A program made the position numbers and the translations under genes. A stretch of DNA of 64,000 nt from Candidatus Aenigmatarchaeota archaeon (GTDB lineage: Archaea; Aenigmatarchaeota; Aenigmatarchaeia; CG10238-14; SpSt-28), in contig JAWBNO010000001.1 in assembly GCA_039000725.1 (NCBI GenBank), positions 258,995-322,994 of the forward strand, in the 5' to 3' direction. The notes beneath the pieces were generated by a model, which was not told the DNA's origin, searched no databases, and saw only the letters and a program-made list of their open reading frames with translations. This document shows, piece after piece, positions 57,199 through 64,000 of this stretch. Positions within the stretch are counted from its first letter, which is position 1, and each line of letters opens with the position of its first letter.

Positions 57199-57921
57199 TT
57201 ATTCAGAAAATTTTCTTGCTATTATTAAAAAGCCAGTATGTATAATGCCCTTAGTTTTCGGTCTAAGTGTTTTTTCATATTGCCATTCTCTAACAATATT
57301 TTCAAAAATATTTATGCTATATTTTTTAATTTTTGAGAGAGCTTTTACATTTTTTAGCAAATGATTAACTGTAGGAGAATAAATTACTATAAAACCACCA
57401 ACTAAGATTTTACTATCTATAAATTTTAAAATTTTATCAGAATTTTCAAAATCGAGTAAAGCCATATTAAAATTCTTTTCTTTACATTTTCTAACATCTC
57501 CAAAAATTAAAACAATATTATCAAGTTCGCAAAATTCAAAATTTTCTTTTGCAATTTTGTAAAATCTTTCATCTTTTTCGTAAGTATAAACTTTACCTTT
57601 TGTTAAAAAGTTTGCCAAAAATATAGAAGAAAAACCACTTCCAGTACCAGCATCTAAAACTTTCCAATTTGGTTTTAAGCCAGTAAAAGCTATTATTAAT
57701 GCAATATCTTTTGGAAGAATTACTTGAGCACCCCTCTTTAAATTTTCAATTATATCTATCAAATTTGGCTCAACAACAAAAAATTCTTTTCCTAAGTGAG
57801 ATTTAATTTTTTTCCCTAATTTTACTTTAGAAGTATCTATTATTCCAAAATGAGTAGAAATTTTCTTTCCAATTTCAGCTAAAATTTTTGTTTCTTTATT
57901 TATTAAAACTACTTTTTTCAT
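57199..57921 (-). CDS. trmI: tRNA (adenine-N1)-methyltransferase TrmI (m1A57/58)
   Basis: LKRGAQVILPKDIALII and VLDAGTGSGFSSIFLA match the GCD14/TrmI family. Confidence 0.78.
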   Translation of the reverse strand: MKKVVLINKETKILAEIGKKISTHFGIIDTSKVKLGKKIKSHLGKEFFVVEPNLIDIIENLKRGAQVILPKDIALIIAFTGLKPNWKVLDAGTGSGFSSIFLANFLTKGKVYTYEKDERFYKIAKENFEFCELDNIVLIFGDVRKCKEKNFNMALLDFENSDKILKFIDSKILVGGFIVIYSPTVNHLLKNVKALSKIKKYSINIFENIVREWQYEKTLRPKTKGIIHTGFLIIARKFSE

Positions 57922-57957
57922 AAAATTTTTTATTTTGCAGACTTATGAAAATTTATT

Positions 57958-58911
57958 ATGATAAGGAAACATAAAAAATTAATATTGTTAATTTTTTTTA
58001 TCGGTTTATTATTAAGAATATTTTTTTGTTTTTCCCCATATTTTTCTTATGATGAGATAGAATTTTTTAATTTTGATTTAAGTATTAGTAATCAGAGACC
58101 GCCTTTTATTTTTTCTTTTTCAACATTTTTTCAGAATAAAATAATAGCAAGAATATTGTTAACAATTTTATCAACAACTACACTTTTATTAATTTCGCCA
58201 ATCTCTAGGAAAATATTGAATGATAAGATGATGCCTTTTTTATTTCTTATTTTTAACCCACTTCATATAAGGCTTTCTTCTATGTATTTAACAGATGCTG
58301 TGTTTTTTTCTTTTGTTGTTATATTTTTCTATTGTTATATTAATCGAAAATACAAGCTTTTACCTATTATTTCATTTACATCAACAACAATTAGATACGA
58401 GGGGCTTATATTAATCATAATCAGTATGATATATTTTTATTTAAAGAAGATTAAACGTCAATTTGTTTTTTCTTTATTTATATCTATTTTTATACTACCA
58501 CTCATTTTAAGAGGAGTAAATCTTTATCAAGTTTCACATAAAATAGATAATCCAGAAGCATCTTACTACTACTACTTATTTACTCCATTTTTGATAACGG
58601 GATTTTTCGCACCATTTGCTTTAATTTCTCTTCTTAAGAACTATAAATTAGATTTGATTTTATTTCTAATATTTATGTCTTTCTCATTTTTTTACTTCAT
58701 TTTTAAAATTGGTTCAACTTTTGCTGATAGATTTAGATACGTATTGCCAACTTTATTACCATCTTCAATCTACATTTCAAAATATTTTGAAAACAAAAAA
58801 AGCTATTTCTATGTAATTTTGATTTTAAATTTAGTATTCTTAATTTATTTGTGGGAATATAGAATATTTAGAGAAAGTGTCAAATATTTAATACAAAAAA
58901 TTTTATTTTGA
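57958..58911 (+). CDS. Polytopic integral membrane protein, uncharacterised
   Basis: 317 aa with about 9 hydrophobic helices and no recognisable motif. Next to the glycosylation cluster. Confidence 0.4.
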   Translation: MIRKHKKLILLIFFIGLLLRIFFCFSPYFSYDEIEFFNFDLSISNQRPPFIFSFSTFFQNKIIARILLTILSTTTLLLISPISRKILNDKMMPFLFLIFNPLHIRLSSMYLTDAVFFSFVVIFFYCYINRKYKLLPIISFTSTTIRYEGLILIIISMIYFYLKKIKRQFVFSLFISIFILPLILRGVNLYQVSHKIDNPEASYYYYLFTPFLITGFFAPFALISLLKNYKLDLILFLIFMSFSFFYFIFKIGSTFADRFRYVLPTLLPSSIYISKYFENKKSYFYVILILNLVFLIYLWEYRIFRESVKYLIQKILF

Positions 58912-59862
58912 AATTTCTTTTTCAAGTTTCTTTAAAGCTTCAATTCTTTTATAGGTTAATGGATGAGTTGAAAATATTTCTGAAAATCTGATTAATGGAT
59001 TTTTCTTTTCCCATTCAATAGCTTCTTTGAGTTCTTTATCACTAATTTCAAAATCTTCATAAGCTTTACTTAATTCTGCTAATTCTTTTGTTGCAGAGAC
59101 CGGATCTGCTATGTAGAAAGATCTAACTGCAGAATTTTCAACTCTATCTGTTGAAATACTTAACCCATATGTAATTTTTGCTAATGCTCTTGCTAATAAA
59201 CTTGGCTTTGTGTTTTTACCAGAAAATCTATCTGCATAATACTCTCTTAATCTTGAAAGATACAAAACAAACAAATTTGATATAAAGTAAATTAGAAATG
59301 AAATAAATCCAATTAGTATTGCAGCACCAGTTTTTCTTTCATTCCTTTCTCTAGAAGGTGTAAATATTAAAAATCTTGCTATGAAATAGAAAATTATTGG
59401 AATAGCAGAAACAATAGTCATAACAACCATATCTTTATGATTTATGTGACCAATTTCATGAGCTATTACAGCTTCAACTTCTTCTTTTGTTAAAGTATTT
59501 AATAAACCTCTAGTTATAACTAAATTTGCAGATTTCGGTGTTCTTCCGAAAACAAAAGCATTTGGTGCACCAATATTAGCTATATAAATTTTTGGAATAG
59601 GTGTTTTAGTTTTTTTACATAAATTTTCTACAATATCATAAATCCATTCCGCTTCACTTCTTTTTAACTCTCTCATATTTGTAGTCCACTTAATTATATA
59701 TGGACTAATATACCATTGAATTATTACCAAAATTATTGCACCGATTACAGGAATATATCCACTTAAACCAAAATAATAGCTTACTGCAGCTAGAATTGCA
59801 AATAAAAAACCAAATAGCAAAAATATCGTTAAAAACATTGAAAATATAAGTTTCAAGGGCAT
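58903..59862 (-). CDS. htpX: Zinc metalloprotease HtpX (M48)
   Basis: AHEIGHINHKDM (HExxH) flanked by TM helices. Confidence 0.85.
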   Translation of the reverse strand: MPLKLIFSMFLTIFLLFGFLFAILAAVSYYFGLSGYIPVIGAIILVIIQWYISPYIIKWTTNMRELKRSEAEWIYDIVENLCKKTKTPIPKIYIANIGAPNAFVFGRTPKSANLVITRGLLNTLTKEEVEAVIAHEIGHINHKDMVVMTIVSAIPIIFYFIARFLIFTPSRERNERKTGAAILIGFISFLIYFISNLFVLYLSRLREYYADRFSGKNTKPSLLARALAKITYGLSISTDRVENSAVRSFYIADPVSATKELAELSKAYEDFEISDKELKEAIEWEKKNPLIRFSEIFSTHPLTYKRIEALKKLEKEISK

Positions 59863-59922
59863 TAATAATTATTTTTTGCTGGAAATTATAAACTTTATAT
59901 AATATAACTACCTTTAATCTTA

Positions 59923-60990
59923 ATGAAAGCATACATAGTAACTACAATTATAGGAGTCTTTGGGGTGTCTGAAGATAAAAAAATATTAATTTACGTTCCC
60001 TTTAAAAGAGATGCACAAGAAGTTGCAAGAAAGTTGAAAGAGGCGGAAGTTAAAATAATAGAAGAAGAAAAAGAAGTGGAAGATAAGCTTCGAAAAAAAG
60101 GTTACAGGGATTTTGTTTACTCTACTAATAAGCAAGGTGTTAAAAATTTTGAAGAAAATAATAGTGTCGAGAATTTTATTAAAGATAACTTAATTCATAT
60201 AGCTATAGATAAGAAATTTGTTAGAGATGAGCAAGAATTTTATGAGTTTTTTAATCAAGTAAACATAGAAATGACTAAAGTTAAAATTAAACTTGGGATA
60301 AAAAAGGAAGCTATAATTATTCAGGCTGTTAGAGCAATGGAAGAGTTAGATAAAATAATTAATGTCTTTTCTGAAAGATTAAGAGAATGGTATGGATTAC
60401 ATTTTCCAGAATTAAACAGAGTAATAACATCTCATGAAAAATTTGCTAAATTGGTTGAAAAATATGGAAAAAGAGAAAATTTTGAAGAATATGAAGCTTT
60501 AGCTAAGGAAAGTATAGGAATAGAAATTAGCGAAAAAGACGAAAGGATTTTAAAAGAGTATGCAAGTTTTTTATCTAAACTTTTTACTCTTAGAGAAAAC
60601 TTGGAAAAATATGTTAAGGACTCAATGGAAGAAATAGCACCAAATTTTTCTTATCTAGCCGGCCCTTTATTAGCAGCAAAAATTTTATCTAGAGCGGGAA
60701 GTTTAGAGAAATTGGCTAAAGCACCAGCTTCTTTAATTCAATTGATTGGAGCAGAAAAAGCTTTGTTTAGATATTTACATGGAAAAGGTAAAAGTCCAAA
60801 GCACGGTTTAATATATTTGCATCCTTACATTCAGAATGCAAAGGAAGAGGATAGAGGAAAAGTTGCTAGGGTTTTGGCCAATAAGTTATCACTAGCTATT
60901 AGAGTAGATTATTATACTAAAGAAAATAGAAAAGAGCAACTTAAAAAGGATTTAGATGAAAAGATTAAGGAAGTACTAGGGAAGAAATAA
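59923..60990 (+). CDS. nop5: Box C/D snoRNP protein Nop5 (Nop56/58 homologue)
   Basis: NOP domain region PNFSYLAGPLLAAKILSRAGSLEKLAKAPASLIQLIGAEKALF. Confidence 0.85.
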   Translation: MKAYIVTTIIGVFGVSEDKKILIYVPFKRDAQEVARKLKEAEVKIIEEEKEVEDKLRKKGYRDFVYSTNKQGVKNFEENNSVENFIKDNLIHIAIDKKFVRDEQEFYEFFNQVNIEMTKVKIKLGIKKEAIIIQAVRAMEELDKIINVFSERLREWYGLHFPELNRVITSHEKFAKLVEKYGKRENFEEYEALAKESIGIEISEKDERILKEYASFLSKLFTLRENLEKYVKDSMEEIAPNFSYLAGPLLAAKILSRAGSLEKLAKAPASLIQLIGAEKALFRYLHGKGKSPKHGLIYLHPYIQNAKEEDRGKVARVLANKLSLAIRVDYYTKENRKEQLKKDLDEKIKEVLGKK

Positions 60991-60992
60991 TT

Positions 60993-61661
60993 ATGAGAGT
61001 CGAAAAAACAAATTTTGAAGGCATTTATTTGATTAATGGAAAATTGGCGACTATAAATACTATTCCAGGCTATAAGCCTTTTGATGAAGAAGTTGTTAAA
61101 ATAGACAATGTTGAATATAGAATCTGGAATCCATATACTTCTAAACCAGCGGCCGCAATTGTTAAGGGTCTTAAAGTTTTTCCTTTGAAGGAAGGAATGA
61201 AAATTCTTTATTTAGGTTTGGCTGCAGGTAAAACTGCAACTTATTTTAGCAATATTATTGGAAATAAAGGAATAATTTTTGGAATAGATATAGCAGAAAG
61301 AGTATTAAAAGATGCATTAGAAGTAGCAAAAAAGTATAAAAACATTATTCCTATTTTGGCTGATGCAAGAAAACCAGAAACTTATGAAAAACTAATAATT
61401 GGTAAAGTGGATTTTGTTTATGAGGATGTAGCTTCTGAAGACCAAATTAGTATTTTAATTAAAAATTGTGAAAAATTTTTAAAACCAAATGGATATGCCG
61501 CTATAGCAATTAAATCTCAAAGCATTAGCTCTACAGAAGATCCAGAAGTTATTTATAAAAAATGTTTAGAGGAATTGGAAAAATATTTTAAAATTTTGGA
61601 TAAAGTTCGTTTGGATCCTTACGAAAAGTATCATCTTTTTGTAGTTTTACAAAAGTTCTAA
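60993..61661 (+). CDS. flpA: Fibrillarin, rRNA/tRNA 2'-O-methyltransferase
   Basis: KILYLGLAAGKTATYFSNIIGNKGIIFGIDIA (SAM motif), downstream of nop5. Confidence 0.9.
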   Translation: MRVEKTNFEGIYLINGKLATINTIPGYKPFDEEVVKIDNVEYRIWNPYTSKPAAAIVKGLKVFPLKEGMKILYLGLAAGKTATYFSNIIGNKGIIFGIDIAERVLKDALEVAKKYKNIIPILADARKPETYEKLIIGKVDFVYEDVASEDQISILIKNCEKFLKPNGYAAIAIKSQSISSTEDPEVIYKKCLEELEKYFKILDKVRLDPYEKYHLFVVLQKF

Positions 61662-61864
61662 AATTCATTATTTATATATTTTTTTAAAAGATAGTGAAAA
61701 AGAAAACCTCTTCTACTTTTAGATTTTATTCCGCTTAATTCATTATCAAATTCTATTAATTCTTTGTTTCTTAGAATATGACCTTTTTCATTAATGAATT
61801 TGTTGATAGCCTCTAAAAATAATTCTTTGTCTAAAGCTATCGTTATGTATATTTTTTCTTTCAT
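61658..61864 (-). CDS. Small hypothetical protein, 68 aa
   Basis: ORF only; the N-terminus KIYITIALDKELFLEAINKF has a beta-strand/helix pattern. Confidence 0.3.
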   Translation of the reverse strand: MKEKIYITIALDKELFLEAINKFINEKGHILRNKELIEFDNELSGIKSKSRRGFLFHYLLKKYINNEF

Positions 61865-61986
61865 TTTTTAACACTAGCAGGCCTAATGAATCCGAAATAT
61901 TTTCCTTCATTCATTAAAGTTACGTACCACTTCATTGTATTTCTGTCTTCAATCAGAGATATTTTAATTTCTTTAATAATTTTCAT

Positions 61987-62187
61987 TTAGACACCCCAAA
62001 TGGCAAACTCATTTAACTTTTTTTGATACATGCTAGTATCTATAATTACTTCATTTTCTAAAAAACTTCCTATACCCCTAATATAGATTCTTTTATTTCC
62101 AAAACCATCAATAAATCTTGTTATTCTACTCGGCGGACACTTTATTATCTTTTTCATATAATCACCAATTACTTTTTGTAATTTCAT
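61987..62187 (-). CDS. Small hypothetical protein, 66 aa, followed in frame (TAA then ATG) by a 41-aa ORF at 61864..61986
   Basis: ORF only. A TATA-like element and a palindrome lie upstream. Confidence 0.3.
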   Translation of the reverse strand: MKLQKVIGDYMKKIIKCPPSRITRFIDGFGNKRIYIRGIGSFLENEVIIDTSMYQKKLNEFAIWGV

Positions 62188-62214
62188 ATATACCTCGCTT
62201 TCTAAAGAGAGTAG

Positions 62215-62229
62215 TTGTCAATATGACAA
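62215..62229. promoter_or_regulatory. Palindrome TTGTCA-ATA-TGACAA in the promoter region of the small-ORF cluster
   Basis: Read directly. It lies about 27 nt upstream of the ATG at 62187 (minus strand), with a TTTATAAAA-like box just upstream of it in the minus sense. Confidence 0.35.
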
Positions 62230-62259
62230 TTTTATCTTTAGAAAAATAGAGAAAAAGGA

Positions 62260-62389
62260 TCCCGCCCCAGGGATTTTCGTACAGCATGTCGAACCCTGAA
62301 CCTCCCGGTTTCTGAGCGCAGGCTATTTAAGCCATGCTATTGTAGCATGACTCTACAGCCGGGCGCTCTGCCAATTGAGCTAGGGCGGG
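62260..62389 (-). tRNA. tRNA-Tyr (anticodon GTA) with a canonical 37/38 intron (about 43 nt) and an apparent second intron (14 nt) in the T-loop
   Basis: Minus-strand fold by hand: acceptor CCCGCCC/GGGCGGG with C1:G72 (the archaeal Tyr identity pair), D-stem GCTC/GAGC, anticodon stem CCCGG/CCGGG with loop CTGTAG^A, T-stem CAGGG/CCCTG enclosing 21 nt instead of 7. Exon total is 73 nt; discriminator A. Confidence 0.68.
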
Positions 62390-62431
62390 ATATAATTTTA
62401 TTTTAAGTGGTTTTTAAAAATTTTACAATTT

Positions 62432-63826
62432 TTACAAATATACTTCATTACTTTTTAGTTCTGTCTTTGTTCCTTTTTCATTTGTAAATATTAATTTTGA
62501 TTTTGGTAATTGAACGGAAACCAACTCCACAAGTGGTTGAATATAATAAAAGAATATAGCCTCTTCGTCTGGTTTAAGCTCATTAATTTTCCAAATTAGT
62601 CTTTTTTCTTTAGTTTTCTTTGCTTCTATTTCTTCAGGTTTATTTCCAACATAAGAAACAATCTTAAACATCAGAGGTACAAAATCTTCCACAAAAACCT
62701 CTTTCATAGTGGATTTGGAGTTGTTTTTAATTTTTATTGTAACTTTAATCTTGCCATTTTCTTTTTTAACAGTTTTAGAAATTGTTGGAGTATATGTTTT
62801 TCTAAAGAAGAAGAATACCATGAGAAGAATTATTATAATAACTAACCAGGTTTGCCAAATTGATATTTTGTACTCTATTATTACTGTTTCCCCAGGTTGT
62901 AAAGGTCTTATTAACCATTTGTAGTGTACATATCCAAAAGAATATTCAACTTCATCTGGTTTAGAATAGGGATAGAAGAAGTCTTTCATAAAAGTTGGTA
63001 ATGATTCTATTAAGTAAAATGGTTTGGAAACTATATTACCTTCGTTTTTAATTTCTATTCTTGTATAAGCTTCTAAAATTGAATATTTTGTTTCTTTTTT
63101 AGTATAATTGGTCGGAATCTTTTCTACAGGTTTAACTTCAAAAGAAGAGTAAGCTTCATCAACAATCTCACCACCTAAGGTATACAACCTTACTATAACT
63201 TCATATTTTCCAGCTTGTTGATATTTTTCAGCGCTAAAAGTTTCGCTGATCTTTATACTCCCAAAAGAAGGAATATAGTCTGTAATTTTTTCTTTTCTAA
63301 AAACTTCTTTATTGTTATAAAGAACCAAAAACAAAGCTTTATAATTTGGTGTTATTTCATCTTTTACATTTTCAATGTTAGTTGTAATTGTTAAACTTTC
63401 TAATGGATATATCGAATATCTAGATAATTCTATAGAAGAAATATAAACTGGGAATTTTCTAACAACCTGTAAAATTAAAGCTTTTTCTATTGTTTGATTT
63501 TCATATCTTATATTTAAATAAAATAAACTAGGTTTTACCTCTCTGGCAAACTTTTTTGCTTCTATATAGACTCTAATTTTTGCTTCTTGATTAGGCTCCA
63601 GAGTAACTATTCTAGGGTAAACATCTATTGAAACACCTTCTCTATAAAATCCAGAAATAAATATATTAAAAGTTTGGATTTTATCGTCTTTATTTATTAT
63701 CGAATATTCTATTGTTTTGGCCTCTCCAGCATAAATATTAATAAATTCGGTCCCGGATACATAAGGTTGAGATAAAGCTATACCAAGACTTATCAAAACT
63801 GATACTATTAAAAGAGTTTTCTTCAT
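62432..63826 (-). CDS. Cell-surface protein with an N-terminal signal peptide, beta-rich ectodomain, one TM helix and a cytoplasmic tail
   Basis: Signal peptide MKKTLLIVSVLISLGIALS; TM helix WLVIIIILLMVFFFF near residue 330; about 120-aa Lys-rich C-terminal region. Confidence 0.5.
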   Translation of the reverse strand: MKKTLLIVSVLISLGIALSQPYVSGTEFINIYAGEAKTIEYSIINKDDKIQTFNIFISGFYREGVSIDVYPRIVTLEPNQEAKIRVYIEAKKFAREVKPSLFYLNIRYENQTIEKALILQVVRKFPVYISSIELSRYSIYPLESLTITTNIENVKDEITPNYKALFLVLYNNKEVFRKEKITDYIPSFGSIKISETFSAEKYQQAGKYEVIVRLYTLGGEIVDEAYSSFEVKPVEKIPTNYTKKETKYSILEAYTRIEIKNEGNIVSKPFYLIESLPTFMKDFFYPYSKPDEVEYSFGYVHYKWLIRPLQPGETVIIEYKISIWQTWLVIIIILLMVFFFFRKTYTPTISKTVKKENGKIKVTIKIKNNSKSTMKEVFVEDFVPLMFKIVSYVGNKPEEIEAKKTKEKRLIWKINELKPDEEAIFFYYIQPLVELVSVQLPKSKLIFTNEKGTKTELKSNEVYL

Positions 63827-63831
63827 TTTAT

Positions 63832-64000
63832 TTATTTCGTTTTAGCTTTAAATTCTTCAATTTTTTCTCTTATTAATCTATCTAAAGTCTTTATTTCAAA
63901 CTCAAATCTATTTCCATATTTTTCTAGATAACAAAATCTACTGTAATCTTTTTCTCTAATTTCTAACTCTTCATCAGGATAACCAACAGTAATAATTGCT
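63832..64000 (-). CDS. Partial CDS (C-terminal fragment running off the window end); nitroreductase-like C-terminus suspected
   Basis: Minus frame reads ...AIITVGYPDEELEIREKDYSRF...KAKTK, ending in a stop at 63832-63834. The VGYPDE motif is reminiscent of the nitroreductase/NADH oxidase family. Confidence 0.3.
   Translation of the reverse strand, partial: AIITVGYPDEELEIREKDYSRFCYLEKYGNRFEFEIKTLDRLIREKIEEFKAKTK

Noticed and set aside
61865-61990. Possible box C/D sRNA genes near nop5 and flpA, and in other intergenic gaps.
   Set aside because: I looked for RUGAUGA...CUGA pairs in the short intergenic regions and could not find a convincing one by eye. A covariance or box-motif scan is needed, and nothing is claimed.

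Overview
The window is an AT-rich (roughly 27-30% GC by eye), gene-dense archaeal chromosome segment coded on both strands. The gene content suggests a small-genome, DPANN/Nanoarchaeota-like thermophile.

Features supporting that reading:
- an intact 1183-aa reverse gyrase;
- fragments of the archaeal ribosomal operons: S5-L30-L15-SecY-DUF106-L14e, L7Ae-S28e-L24e (L24e is missing from the ORF track), S13-S4-S11, and an isolated RpoN-RpoK pair;
- Nop5 and fibrillarin;
- four tRNAs: Arg-TCG, Ala-TGC, Pro-CGG, and a tRNA-Tyr(GTA) that seems to carry two introns, one canonical and one in the T-loop.

Other content:
- an anaerobe oxidative-stress island (Lrp, peroxiredoxin, superoxide reductase, ferritin-like protein);
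- a MacB-type ABC exporter, a SERCA-like P-type ATPase and TrkH;
- a XerA-like recombinase, endonuclease V, ThiI, TrmI and HtpX;
- IscS-IscU-DUF59 with an ArsR-like regulator and a DUF123 nuclease;
- a giant (1444 aa) sequon-rich surface protein with a lamin-tail domain, next to an N-glycosylation-like cluster (two GT4, a methyltransferase, a Wzx-like flippase, GT2).

Four regions are the best candidates for something new:
- a minimal NiFe hydrogenase (small subunit, large subunit, HycI-like protease) co-operonic with three uncharacterised membrane-associated proteins and a TldD-like peptidase;
- a solo Cas4-family Fe-S nuclease fused to an N-terminal wHTH, with no CRISPR array or other cas genes in the window;
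- an HTH protein whose gene ends are built from 10-nt tandem repeats, a period that is not a multiple of 3;
- an 800-bp palindrome-rich non-coding region.

I saw no CRISPR array, no rRNA gene and no transposase. All calls come from reading motifs by eye. No database search was run.
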